DNA of 64,000 bases from Eledone cirrhosa (lineage: Eukaryota). Shown piece after piece: positions 11,651 to 25,966 of this stretch. The DNA lies in the NCBI GenBank assembly GCA_964016885.1, contig OZ024740.1, positions 314,278,001 to 314,342,000 on the forward strand. Direction: 5' to 3'. The notes under the pieces are model-generated. The model saw only the letters and a list, made by a program, of their open reading frames with translations, did not search any database and was not told the origin of the DNA. Made by a program: the position numbers and the translations under genes. Position 1 is the first letter of the stretch. Every line of letters starts with the position of its first letter.

Positions 11651-13294
11651 CATCATCATCATCACCGTTTTACGTCCGTTCTTCCACGCTAGCATGGGCT
11701 AGACGGGTTGTCCTGTTGTGGGCAGTGTCTGGTCGGCTGACCATGCCTTGCTCATACAGGAACTGATTTGGCTTGATTTCTACAGCTGGATGCCCTTCCT
11801 AACACCAACCTCATTTACAGTGAGTGCTGGGTGCTTTTTCGTGGCGCCTACACGTCCACTTTACAGTGTGGGCTGGGTGCTTTTTTTGCCGTGGCACCTC
11901 CACGACCACCTTGCGGTGGGGGGTGTGGGGGCATATTGTCTATATGCTTCAGCTTGTACCCATGGGAGGTCGGGTACTCTGTATTACTGCGTGACGCCAT
12001 AAGTCACAGTCGTGTGTCATTGTCTTTGAGAGGTGTAATTGGGTAAGGTCGGCTTTTATCACCTCATCCCAGGTCATCTTGGGTCTCCCCACTCCGCGGT
12101 TTCCATCAACTTCTAGTGCTCTGCACCTTTTTATGCAGCTGTCATCCTTCATACGCATCACATGTCCATACCAGCGCAACCGCCTCTCCTGCACACAGCA
12201 TTTGATTCCTCTTATGCTCAGTCTCTCTCTCAATTCATTTATGCTTTGTTGTTCACGTATATTACTGTTACACATCCATCGGAGCATGCAGGCTTCGTTT
12301 CTCTCTAATCTACGTAAGTCTTCCACCTTCAGTGCCCAGGTCTCACTACCATGCAACATCGCTGTTCGGATAGACGCATCATACAGTCTGCCTTTCATTC
12401 TGAGGGAGAAGCCTTTTGCAGCTAGCAGTGGTAGTAGTTCCCTAAACTTCTTCCATCCTGTTCTTACCCTAGTTATTGTACTTTCTGAACACCCACCTCC
12501 GCTGCTAATTCGGTCACCTAGGTAGCAGAAGCTGTCTACTGTTTCTACAGGGCCCTCCCAGAGATTGGTGGTACTTGTTTCCTGTGGCTGTTTGCTGCTT
12601 GCTGTCTCAGCACAGCTGCTGCATGTGAATCCTACATTCTTAATTAAGCTTCCTGAGATCCCGTTACATCTCTTGTGTACCCATTGTTTGCATTTGGGGC
12701 AGAGAATGGAGTTCCTACCTACACCTTTCCTACATACTGAGCAAGGCCATTTCCCTGAGGGGATCTGGGTTCTGTTTTCTCGTCTACTTACAAGGACCTT
12801 AGTCTTTGTCATGTTGACTTTGAGACCCTTTCTTTCTAGTCCCTGCTTCCAAGTTTGGAATTTATTCTCTAGTTCTACCATAGATTCAGCTATGATTGCG
12901 AGATCATCAGCATACAGGAGTTCCCATCGGCATCCGGTCTTAAACTCCTCCGTTATTGCCTGCAGGACTATGATGAACAGGAGAGGGCTAAGAACAGAGC
13001 CCTGGTGGATCCCAACCTGTACGAAAATTCCTCGCTATACTCATTGCTAATCCTAACTTTGCTGACTGCTCCCCGATACATGGCTTGTACCGCTTTCACA
13101 AGCCATTCATCTACTCCTAGTTTTCTAAGAGCCTACCAGATTACAGCACGTGGAACTCTGTCAAAGGCTTTCTCAAGGTCGACAAATGCCAAGTAGAGTG
13201 GCTTACTTTTAGCTAGGTACTTTTCCTGTAATTGCCTCACAAGGAAGAGGGCATCAGTGGTGCCTCTTCCTGGTACAAACCCAAATTGCATCTC
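11651..13294 (-). mobile_element. 5'-truncated RTE LINE (second subfamily)
   Basis: [36 protein letters not shown], 310-aa C-terminal ORF, (GAT)n tail; near-identical to 20151-21130. Confidence 0.93.
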
Positions 13295-13316
13295 ATATAT
13301 ATATACATATATATAT

Positions 13317-13446
<130 letters not shown>

Positions 13447-13559
13447 GAATATATATATATATCCGTATGTCGTTGACGGGTTGACGGCTGAGAGAATGAA
13501 GTACTCAATACCGAAGTAGAGTTTTAATGAATGTGTGTGTGTGTTTATAGACATATGAT

Positions 13560-14275
13560 AAAATGCTGCAAGTCCTTAGTCTTGATATGTCAAAGTAAAA
13601 GCACGTCTCTAAAATTGTCAAGAAGGCCGAGGGTGTCTTAGCATCACACAGCAAGACCTTTGTTAGCCGCTCTCCAGCTATCTATTTAAAGCTGTATATA
13701 GCTATGGTGCAGCCACACTTAGAATTTGCATCACCAGTCTGTAACCCCTATCTTGCTGAGAACATTGACTGCCTGGAAACTGTTCAGAGACGTGCAACCA
13801 AGCGAATACTCTCCATCAGGCATCTACCATACTCTGAACGCCTTGCTTCCCTGGGCATGGATACATTGAAGCTCCGACGTCTGGCAGCTGAGTTGGTAAA
13901 CACACACAAAATTATTAACCATCTTGCCAACAACAACCCTGAGTACCTTTTTGATTTCCATGTGTCTAACACCCGTGGGCATGCCCACAAAGTCAGAAAA
14001 CAGCACAGCTCCCATGATTTCGGAAACATTTTTTCACGCTCAGAGTTGCTGAAGCATGGAACAAACTACTTTAAAACCTCCATGCTTCCTGATATTCGCC
14101 AACACTACACCTAATATTCCCATTCCATACACACGCACACATGTATATCATGACTCATACACTATTCACTTCCCTGACATTTGTTTATTATTCTGTGTAC
14201 TATACATGCGCCTTTGACGAGTTGTAGTGCACCTGAGCAGTGTACACAAAAATTTCATAAAGAAACCATTATTAT
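13560..14275 (+). mobile_element. CR1/L2-group LINE 3' fragment with 3'UTR
   Basis: VQPHLEFASPVCNPY, LETVQRRATK, LPYSERLASL, NTRGH; a 3'UTR copy with an (ATT)n tail lies at about 35878-36000. Confidence 0.85.
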
Positions 14276-14667
14276 TTAACTTTGCCTTTCATCCTTACGG
14301 GGTCGATAAAATAAAGTACCAGTAATGTACTGAGTTATTGCTGGCCTTGTGCCTAAAGTAGAAACAATTATTATTTTATTCTAGAGATAAGATTTTCAAG
14401 GCAAGCTGCAAGTTAACTAAGCTTGAGTTCATTTTTCTTACGTCACTAATCTCTTTAGGAAATGCATGAACGTTACAACATTCCACATCCTTCCATTAAA
14501 ATACTAGTTCGCTGTTCTCAGCCATAAGAAACTAATATATATCTCGCAACTTACTATTAACGAAATATTAAATGAATCAGTGTGTAAATATAAAGGGAGA
14601 TCACTCTGGATACGTCAAAGTAAAAGCTCTTAATGAGAGAAGGTAATAATAGTCGCTGGGAACCAAA

Positions 14668-15273
14668 ATGGCTGATGTTGATGATGGGGCTCAAACGCCC
14701 CATAAAGAATCTGATACTTCGGTCGTTACTACGCCGTCCATCTTTGAGACAGATGCACCCGGCACAGCTTCTTTACATGAATCAATGTTGGTGGCCAGTG
14801 ATTCATTTGAAAATCTCAATTATGAGCAGTTAGACACGCCGAGATCCCGTCTTGGTAGCGGAATAATTGGCAACCTGTCTGGTAAAAAAATCGAGAGCCT
14901 TGAAAACATTAACGATAATGCTGTTGATGGTGGCGAGGAAGGTGTAAGTGGGGACGAAGGTTATGATGAGAAACAAATTGAAGCTGGAGAGAGTGTTGTA
15001 GATGCTCCTGGAATACCATGTGTGTCGACTGATTTACCAGATTTACCAGAAGAAACGTCCATCAAAGATTTAGTAGACAAAGACATAACATCTTATGAAA
15101 GGAGCGAAGAAAGGCCGAAAGATCTGCCTGTTGGAGACAAAATAGTAGCTGTAGACGAAGGAGATATTGATACACAAACAGATGTAAAGACTGAATCTAA
15201 TTCTACTGTCGATTTAACTTATTCGGATACTTCTACTCTGTGTGAAAACGAGAATAGAGTTTGCGATAAAGAG
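14668..15273 (+). CDS. MON1: MON1 (vacuolar fusion protein, Rab7 GEF subunit) exon 1, acidic disordered N-terminus
   Basis: aaaATGG start, 202 open codons, donor GAG|gtaaat phase 0 compatible with exon 2; assigned by phase and composition rather than recognisable homology. Confidence 0.78.
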
Positions 15274-15645
15274 GTAAATATCTTATACATATATGTACGT
15301 ATTATGTGAGTAAACAAAAGCTTTGGTGGATATGCATGGATAAATACCAGTAATATATTGTGTCAATTCAATTGTTTATACGTTTTCGTTATGAATATTG
15401 CTGCTGCTTTCGTTTTTGTTTTTTTTCTTTAGTCAAAAGAAATCAATATAATATTGTAATGCTTATTCCCGATCTGGTTCGACAGATTGATGGCTATATA
15501 TAATATAATATATATATTGACGAGATTTTAGGAAATATTAGCCATAAACCCGTTTGCTCACAATTACTTAATGAGATGGTTTGAACGTTTATCGAGCAAA
15601 ACTTGTCTTCAGAGTGCTAACCGAGTGTATATTGGTAATACATAC

Positions 15646-15680
<35 letters not shown>

Positions 15681-15774
15681 GTGTCGCCCCAAAATGTATA
15701 CACACTTCAACAGCATTCTTATAAATATTGCCTGTACAGGAAATCAAGGTGTGTATACATTTTGGGGGACACCC

Positions 15775-15833
<59 letters not shown>

Positions 15834-16206
15834 GTGTGTGTGTATAAAACATATATAATATATATACTCACACATGCGTATTTATATATAGATATATATG
15901 GGTGGGTCAGTGACATAGTCACTAATACATTTGTATTATGTAATAACGATGTATTGACGTATCGTGTAATGGGTGTGTGTGTTTTGATTGATGCTTGTTT
16001 GTGTATGTGACCGATATTTTTGCGGTTTGAGATCCTTTTATCTGTGTTCATATAATATCACTATCTAATCCTGGTTGCTTGATTATTCACGTAACTGGAA
16101 TTTATAACCTATTGAACTAACGTACGCATAACTACGCTTGCAGGACCGTGACATTGTTTTAGTCTTCAATAAAATAATTCACGACGTATGTTGCTGTAGC
16201 AATGCT

Positions 16207-16237
<31 letters not shown>

Positions 16238-16263
16238 GCTTTCACCGTATTTTTGACTAAAGG

Positions 16264-16294
<31 letters not shown>

Positions 16295-17699
16295 AAGGAT
16301 ACATTTTGTAAAACAACGTATACCGTGGGATTTGATTATAACTTCGAATTTTATAATCCTCCCCCTCCTTTTTTATGGGGTGTGTTTTCATTTTCTAACA
16401 GACCATCATTAGTTTGCCGCGGCTCTCTTTCCTTCTCCCTTTCGCTATAAAAAGAATATGATGGATTTATATTTAAAATAAAAGATATACCTGGATTACC
16501 AAATGTCAGATACTTTAATTGTCAAATTTCAAACAGTACATATTCACGAGTCGATCGGGCGCCAACTTCCACATGATTCACTCGGAAACTTGTAGGTTCT
16601 ATCTTCCGCTGCTGGTATCATGCACTTGTAATATAAACTACATAAATCTAATGAGTGCTCCGATTTCTAGGGAAGGAAGAGAGGATTAGTTGAGACGTAA
16701 CTGTTTGTTTTATTTTTTTTATCCCCAGAACATTCACTGCTACTTTTGAAGCAGCCTTCCCTTTCGCCAAGGTTAACTTTGCCTTTCATCCTTACGGGGT
16801 CGATAAAATATAGTACCAGTAATACACTGGGTAATTGCTGGCCTTGTGCCTAACGTAGAAACAATTATTAATAACCCTTTCATCTTCATGGAATCGATAA
16901 AATGATGTACTAGAAATGCACAGGAGTCGATTTAGTCGACTTTCCCTTTCCCCCAAAATTGTTGGCATTGTACCTAAATCAGAAATCATTATTAATAATA
17001 GTGGAAACTTCATGTATAAAGTAGTTTCTGAGATCAAAATTCTATTAGTTGACATTGGAGGTGGGGGTGTTAATAAAATGAGAAATATGTTGGAATCTAG
17101 TTAGTTTGCTATACTTTCTCTACAAGATTTCATCTCGTAAATGATTTGTAGAAATGATTACACACACACAGTGTTTTCTTTCTGTGCCGTCATAATGTTT
17201 TTCTTGATGTTAACCCTTGTAGTGAATAAAGAAATCAAGGCCCTAGTGGCCAATAAAGAAATTATTATTATTATTATTATTTGCTTTTCATCCTTACAGG
17301 GTCGATAAAATAAAGTACCAGTGACGCACTGAGTCGAGTTAATCGACTTTCCCCACCCCACCGCCAAATTGCTGAGTTTGTGCCTAAATCAGAAATCATC
17401 ATTATTATTATTATTATTATTAGAAGCAATAGTTTTCTGTTATTGTTAGCATCGTCATCGTAGCAAATACTGTTAGGTAAAGCATGAACATTAAAATGTA
17501 ATTTCCTACCTCTAAAATGCAGGTTAGCACAAGCCGTGACAAGTCAATCCTAGTGTTGCTATTTAATTAACGATTGCGCTATAAATTTATATATCATCAT
17601 ATTAATTTCACTACACTCCCCTAATTTCTGCACTAAAATATTGTTGACCTCTGCTCTACAACTGTATTATCACTATTTCAAACACCTGCTACTGCACGT

Positions 17700-18330
17700 C
17701 TGCTAAGCCCTACTGAAACCTCAGTTCCTCCACCCTACTCCCTACTGAACCTCTGTTACCCCACTTTAAGCCTTACTGAACTTCTGTTATCCCACCTTAA
17801 GCCCTACTATAACCTCTGTTTTCCCACCATAAGCCTTACTGTAACTTCTGTTACCTCGCCTCAAATCCTACTGAACCTCTGTTACCTCATTTTAACCCTT
17901 TAGCATTTAAACCAGCCATATCCGGCCATATTTCTCTCACCTCTCTCAGTTCAAATCAGCTGTAATCGGCCACTCATACTGATGTTAAGGTATTGTTCTC
18001 AAAATAAATAATATCAAAATCTCATAGATTCAATATTATGTGAGGTAAAGCCTTTACTGTGAAAATACAATAGTAGTTATAGAGTAATGTAAATTCTAAA
18101 GAGTTAAACCCTACTGAACCTCTGTTATCCCACCTCAAGCCCTACTGTAATCTCTGTTATCCCACCTTAAGCCCTACTATAACCTCTGTTATCTCACCTT
18201 AAACCCTACTGAATCTCTGTTATCCCACCCTAAACTCTGCTGTAACCTGTTCTCACCCCAATCCTAAGCCCTCGTGTAACCTCTATTCCCCACCCACCCT
18301 AAGCTCTTCTTTTACCCCTGTTCTCTCACT
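17700..18330. repeat. About 30-32-bp minisatellite interrupted by a piggyBac MITE
   Basis: Unit ccctactgaacctctgttatcccaccttaag; MITE inserted at TTAA, 17892-18107. Confidence 0.85.
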
Positions 18331-19009
18331 CCATGCACTACTTCATGTTCTATCACTGCACCAGACTCCACATATTTGATGTCCTAAGCATTTAATATTT
18401 TCTGGCTCTAAAGAGACCCAGATTTTTCAATGCAGTTGTTACTATGTGAAAAATATAACGTCAACATCAATGCTCCCTTTTAATTTAAGCGATCTGATAG
18501 TTCCTGCTGGTCATTCAATATTATTTAGTTAACTACAAACTATAAAGAGTGTTCAATTTTACTATATTGTTAAATAGAAAGTCTATTGTTTGTTACTATC
18601 ATCCTCATGTAGGCTAGCTAATGTTACTACTATTTCAGTTCATTAGTATTAGGCTATTTTACTTCTGCAGTAACATGCAGTATATAACTCTCTCATGCTA
18701 GCAATATTTATTTGAGGATAATGACCATTTGCAATTGATCACTCTAGATATTTGCCTGCTATCAAGAATTGGTGATGGTATGCACAAATAATGATTGTAA
18801 TATTTTTTCTTTCATCTTATCAATTCATCATCATCAGCTGTCAATAAATATACTATCATTAAATAGAAATCAATACACTGTCGGTTCTATGTGCTAAACA
18901 CATAACATTGACAATGAGTTGAATTCAAATGAAATTTGCTACCTTGACTCATTATTGCTTAACCCTGGATCGACCCTCATTTATCAAGTTTAGATTGTTG
19001 TATTAGAGA

Positions 19010-19315
19010 GTCACTCCAGGTAGAGCTGCTACATCTCCGAATTCAGAGATTTCAGCTCCAATATTATGGGCATGTTGTTAGAATGTCTCAGGAAAGAATT
19101 GCTGGACAGATTTTATGGGCAAAACCAACTGGCAGGAGACCCAGGAGTAAACCTCAAGCAAGATGGTTGGATAACATCCATGGGTTTGGCTGGTCTCGCT
19201 TGGGAATCCAGCCGGATCAGTTGGAGACAGTTGCTTCTGACAGGACTCACTGGAAGGAGTGTTTGAGGACTCTTCCCCCACGACCCACTCAGGAATAAGT
19301 GGGTAAAGAAGAAGT
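19010..19315 (+). mobile_element. 3' end of a different RTE-like LINE family
   Basis: MSQERIAGQILWAKPTGRRPRSKPQARWLDNI; inverted copy at about 35402-35640. Confidence 0.75.
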
Positions 19316-20150
19316 ATCAAATACTACTCCTACCACCACCCCATGGTTAATAAGAAAGTGAGAGAGAGAGACAGTGATAGTAACAATCCATATTTTTTCT
19401 AGTTAACAAGATACCATTCACTCCCCCACTACCTCAACTAAAGATACTATGTACCACTATCTATAGGTAGTGATTACTACCATAGGTAGTGATTAGCTCA
19501 ATGGTATTGTAGGGTGATAAAAAAAAAGTACCAGCAATATATTGAAGTTATCATCTTTTGCCAATGGGAGAAATCAATAATCACTGGTGGTGATTGGATT
19601 CTATTTACTTAACTCATCATCATCATCATCATCATCATTTAACAACTATTTACCATGCTAGCATGGATTAGATTACAACGTGGGAGGTGTATGTGAGGGG
19701 TGATAGGAGGGAAGGTGGTGCATACTAGATGTATACCTCAGCCCCTGCATATGGGAAGGTGGGTCTTCTGTATTACTGCATAGCACCAGAGATCAAGGTC
19801 CTGTGTCATCACCTTTGAGAGGTGCAATTGTGCAAAGTCACCGCTTCCCAAGTCTTCCTAGGTTTTCCCACTTCATAGCTTCCATCAACTTTGAGTGCTC
19901 TGCCCTTTTTTATACAGCTGTCAATATATTTATTCTTAACTTTGATACAATGTCACAACTTGGATAAAGAAGTACAATCGTTTGAATCAACTCAAGTACA
20001 TTATTTTATCAAACCCAGATGGATGAAAGGCAAAGTCAACTCCAGAAAGATTTAAACCCAGAAAGTTAAGACTGTCTATTCAAGAAATTAATATTATTTA
20101 TCCATAGAAATTATTAAAGCTCAGGTCTGTCAGTACAGCATAAATTAGTA

Positions 20151-21130
20151 TCATCATCATCATCATCATCACCGTTTTACGTCCGTTCCTCCACGCTAGC
20201 ATGGGTTAGACGGGTTGTCCTGTTGTGGGCAGTGTCTGGTCGGCTGACCATGCCTTGCTCATACAGGAACTGATTTGGCTTGATTTCTATAGCTGGATGC
20301 CCTTCCTAACACCAACCTCATTTACAGTGAGTGCTGGGTGCTTTTTCGTGGCGCCTACACATCCACTATACAGTGTGGGCTGGGTGCTTTTTTGCCGTGG
20401 CACCTCCACGACCACCTTGCGGTGGGGGGTGTGGGGGCATATTGTCTATATGCTTCAGCTTGTACCCATGGGAAGTCGGGTACTCTGTATTACTGCATGA
20501 CGCCAGAGGTCACGGTCGTGTGTTGAGAGGTGTAATTGGGTAAGGTCGGCTTTTATCACCTCATCCCAGGTCATCTTGGGTCTCCCCACTCCGCGGTTTC
20601 CATCAACTTCTAGTGCTCTGCACCTTTTTATGCAGCTGTCATCCTTCATACGCATCACATGTCCATACCAGCGCAACCGCCTCTCCTGCACACAGCATTT
20701 GATTCCTCTTATGTTCAGTCTCTCTCTCAATTCATTTATGCTTTGTCGTTCACGTATATTACTGTTACACATCCATCGGAGCATGCAGGCTTTGTTTCTC
20801 TCTAATCTACGTAAGTCTTCCACCTTCAGCGCCCAGGTCTCACTACCATGCAACATTGCTGTTCGGATACACGCATCATACAGTCTGCCTTTCATTCTGA
20901 GGGAGAAGCCTTTTGCAGCTAGCAGTGGTAGTAGTTCCCTAAACTTCTTCCATCCCGTTCTTACCCTAGTTATTGTACTTTCTGAACACCCACCTCCGCT
21001 GCTAATTCGGTCACCTAGGTAGCAGAAGCTGTCTACTGTTTCTACAGAGCCCTCCCAGAGATTGGTGGTACTTGTTTCCTGTGGCTGTTTGCTGCTTGTT
21101 GTCCCAGCACAGCTGCTGCATGTGAAGCCT
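20151..21130 (-). mobile_element. 5'-truncated RTE LINE in MON1 intron 1
   Basis: Near-identical to 11651-12640. Confidence 0.93.
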
Positions 21131-24100
21131 ATAGTATACCAACTAGAATGTAGTTAGCATTTAATATTGGCAAATTCTACTAACAGACAATAACCATGGA
21201 TTAAGATCAAAACATTTGACAATTCATAAAAATCTCTTATATATCCATACCTATTTCATGTAATCAACTCAATAAAAATTTTCCATGTAAAACAGTAGCT
21301 GTAAAAGCTGTGGTGTCTCTGTGAAATAAGAGCTCTCTCTTTCTCTCAGAAATAAGAGCTCTCTTTCTGAAACTAGGAAGCCAAACTGATACATGTCAAA
21401 TTGTAAATGACCTTTAATAACTGACTAACTGAGAATAGCCTTCCTGGATGAGATGTAATAATAAAAACAAGAGCGAGAGAAAGAAATGCCTAGTCGTCCT
21501 CATTATCATTAAAATTCTTTCACTTTGTAAGATAACAGAATCTTCAGTGTTTTGGCCATAACACAGTGTATTTAATTCTACTAATTATACGATTATAACA
21601 CCAGTTGAGCTTAACATTCACTTTGTTAGAATCTTACAACAGTAGTATAAACATATATCTGGATCATTTTTAGCTCCTTACTAAAACACTTGCTTCACAT
21701 TATCAGTGTGGTTCCTTTAATGGCTAAACGATGTTGTGTAATGCACTTAACCAGTTGTTAAAATATGTAAGTAATATATTTAAATTTTTTTTTTTATGTG
21801 CTACAAAGTTTGTTCTTTATAAAATGTGTAAATTGAAATTTCCAAATTTCAAGCAGGGTGGATGTCAACACTGTCACTAACTGATATAAAAGAAGGATGA
21901 TGATGATGATGACCTTATACATCTGTTCTATTAACCTGTATTTATTAGCTAACTTTCACTGAGATATATAATCAAGTAGTGCTACTAATACACTTCAACA
22001 GTCTTTCTATTCCACATTTTCTGCATAGTATGTTGATTACAATATGTAGCTTAGAAAACACTATATTCAAAATATGGTTTGTTATATAATATTCAATATA
22101 ATTTTTTATACAACTGAGTAATATCATAATATCGGGATATACTGGTGTCTTTGCTAGGTGTTAATATATATACCAGGCTTCAAATTTTCTTGAACCCTTT
22201 AGCATTTACATTACTCTATATTTACTATTATATTTTCATGGCAAACGCTTTGCCTCACATAATTATCTCACATAATATTGAATCCATGAGATTTTGATAT
22301 TATTTATTTTGAGAATAATACCTTAACATAAGTATGAGAGGCCAGTTTGATCAGAAAGTGGTGAGAGAAATCTGGCCGGATTGCTAAAGGGTTAAGACTT
22401 TTATTAAGAAACTTTTAAATTCCCTCATCTTTTTTCAAATATTTTCTTACTGTTTTTCTTAAAAACTTTCAATTGTTTTGTTTTCATGTTTCATTTCTTC
22501 TTTTAATAGCCCTTTTTTTCTCAAGAACATACATTTTGAAAAAATTCTTATAAAAGTATTTTCATTCAGAAAATATGAAAAATCCTTAATTAATAAGATG
22601 AAATTAGAACACTATCGTGTCTTATATGTTTAAACAAAATGATGATTCTATGTATACAAATATATAAATACAAACACACACATATTGATTCCTATTTTAC
22701 TCTGGTGGACACCATATAGCCATTCAATGTTTAAAAGAATCATCCAATTTTATTTACAATTTTTACAAATGCTCACTATGTAAATAACTTTATAAAAATT
22801 TATGAAAATTATAAAGAAGAATAAAACTTTATATTCAGACATGTATTGTAAAAGTTTCTGCATGGTTATATGGTTATATGGTCATTTGTTTAAAAAAATA
22901 TAGCCTTTTGAAATCAGATGATTCTTTTTGATACATCCTATATGTTAAAATTCAAGGAAATTAATTAAGTTGTCTTTACTTAAAACCAGATGCAGTATAG
23001 GGTATAATCTCAGATCTTGAATATTTGTCTCCCCTCCCCTTTTTGATTTTTCAGATTTTTTCAAACCCCACCCTTCTTATTCCACAGTTATTAAACTTTG
23101 CTAATCTATCTCTGGTGAAATTTTATTTTAAGTGGTAGCATTCCCATGACAATTAATTTACTTCAGACATTAAAAAACATTATACATAACAAAAAAAGTA
23201 CATTACTAGAAACCCCATATATTATAAAATAAATAGGCTGGGTTGGATGTCTCAATATGTAAACTAAGCGACTAATTCTGTTGGTTTTTTTTTTTAAATC
23301 AACAAAGGCAGCCTAGAAAAATTACCGATTTTCCAACCACCCTCTCCTCACTTATTCCAACTGTCCCTTATTTCACCCCCACTCTCCACCTTATTCCACC
23401 ACCCATACCCCTATTATTTGGGACTAGAGAGTAGTATATTTTAATTGCTGAAACATGAACTTCAATATATTCAGTTTTCTTTATTATTGCCATCAGTTAA
23501 TTAATATGATAATAGATTTTTTAAATTCTCATTACTTGATGTTTTTTTACATCTAGCATATTGTGGCTGTCTATTGTTTGCCAGTTAAAAATTGGAGATA
23601 TCCAACTGTGATGGAGTCCAGTTAAAAACTTCTAATCTCTAAACAATTCTCTATTTCTACACTACTTAACCCTTTAGAATGCTAGAAATAGTTATGAATT
23701 GCTTCCCTTGACACTGCATTATGTATTGAGGGGAGATTACACTATTGGTGACATAATGCACCTAAAGCGTGCTGAAGGTTTAACCAGCTATATCTGGCCA
23801 GAATTCTCTAACCTCTTTCTGTTCAAACTAGCTGTAACCGGCCACTCATACTGACATTAAAGTATTCTCAAAATAAATAATATCAAAATCTCATAGATTC
23901 AATATTATGTGAGGTGAAACCTTTACTGTGAAAATATAATAGTATATATAGAATAATTGTTTCTACTTTTGGCACAAGGCCAGAAATATATAGAATAATA
24001 CAAATGCTAAAGTGTTAATGTATATTCTTGTACATTTTCACTGAGATTCTTTCATCATTTACTCGTTCAATTACAGCGAAGTCAATGCTTCACTGATGAA

Positions 24101-25545
24101 GCCATAAGACTAAAACATATCCAGATCTTTTAGTATATATTACATATTGATAAAAAAACTACATCATCATCATCATCATCATCGCCATTTAACATCCATT
24201 TTCCACTCTAGCATAGGTTAGACGTGTTGTCCCATTGTGTGACAAGCTAGATCAGATGACTGTCATGCTCATACAGAACTAGTTTTGGCTTGGTTTTTCC
24301 AGCTGGATGCCCTTCCTAATGCCAACTACCTTACAGTGTGGACTGGGTGATTTTTGTCTTTACACCTACACAACCACTTTGCAGTGTGGGCTGGGCACCT
24401 TTTGTCATGTCCCCAACATGACCATTTTACCACTTTACAGTGTGGGCTGGGTGCTTTTTGTCATGGCACCAAAACGACCACTTTACAGTGTGGACTAGAG
24501 ACTTGGAGGGGGGAGGTAGATCTTGGGGTGGGGATGGGATGTTAGGACATGGGTGGGGTGTTGCAACATGGGAAGTGTGTGGAAGGGGTGAGGGAGGGGA
24601 AGGTGGTGCATACTAGATGTATGCCTCAGCCAGTGCACAATCTATATGTATGTGTGTATGTGTGTGTATATATATATATACATGTGTGTGTGTATGTATA
24701 TATGTATGTATCATAAATGCATAGACCACTATTGCTATAACAATGATATATGCCTGGACAATGTGGGAGAATGCTTCCTGATATGAAGAACCCCAGCTGC
24801 ATGCTATTTCATGGTTCCAGCAGCCAGAATAGATAAAGCATTATGTCAAAGAAATCATATCGGTCAGTAACTAATATTGTTTTTCCAAGTCACATAATTA
24901 TTTCTAGTTATGGTGGGACCTTGGTTCATGAACTTAATTCGTTCCAGAAGGCTGTTAATCACCCAAAATGTTTGTAAACTGAAACTATTTTTCACATGCG
25001 AAATGTTGAGGGAGAAATTACAATGAGAGAGAGTTCTATTGTATGACCCTAGATCCATTCTTTTTAAATACACTTGGTAAACCCTAATTCTGAGAAACTA
25101 CCTCCTGTAAGTGATGTTTAAGGTTGTGCCACTCATTTTCAGTTGTGAGTTTAGTTTGTCCAAGTATGTCCAAGCCATTGAAATATTTATGCATTTCTCC
25201 ATGTCTTTGATTCATTCTGATTTGCTTTTTTCTTCCATTCTCTTTCTTATAGTGTCATAATTCATACAAAATTTGACTTTTACACAAGTATATACAATAT
25301 ATATATATACACATATATATATATCATATAAATATATACATGCATATACATATATGCCTTGTGTAAAAGTCAAATTTTGTATGAATCCAGACAGTGGTGT
25401 TTGCTAAATTTTTGGTTTCAGACATGTATTGTAATAATATATATTTGCCTTAAATTCATGATGATTTTGTAAAAGTGTCATTTCTATGTACAGGATGATA
25501 CCTTCACCCACATAGGTTTTCCTCTCTCTCTCTCTCTCTCTCTTT

Positions 25546-25577
<32 letters not shown>

Positions 25578-25739
25578 CTCTCTCTCTCTGTCTCTCTCTC
25601 TCTCCCTCGTTTCACTCTCTCTTTTATCTTGTCTCTCTCTCTTGTCTCTTTCTCTTATGTCTTCCCTCTCTCTCTTTCATGTCCCCCCCCCCCTCTCTCT
25701 CTTACCATCCATTAACTGTATTACTCTGGGCCCTTTTAG

Positions 25740-25966
25740 GAAGACAACCCACCTCAAGAAACGAAGGTTCCTGCAGAAGTGATCAGCGATATGGAAGAAA
25801 TGAATTTATCTTCAAATAGCAATGTAGCAAGTAGTTCTGGTCCAAACTGGATGCGCATGTCAGCAGATACCATCAGTGATGGTGAAGATGTCAATCACCC
25901 AGCTTGGCGCCATCACAAAAAACATGTTTTTATACTTAGTGAAGCTGGGAAACCAGTATATTCCAG
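25740..25966 (+). CDS. MON1: MON1 exon 2
   Basis: Acceptor ttttag; [21 protein letters not shown] (longin-1 start); donor AG|gtgagt phase 2. Confidence 0.95.

Noticed and set aside
24091-24125. CTGATGAAGCCATAAGACTAAAAC hammerhead-like motif
   Set aside because: GAAA core and stem II are mutated; at best a dead PLE remnant
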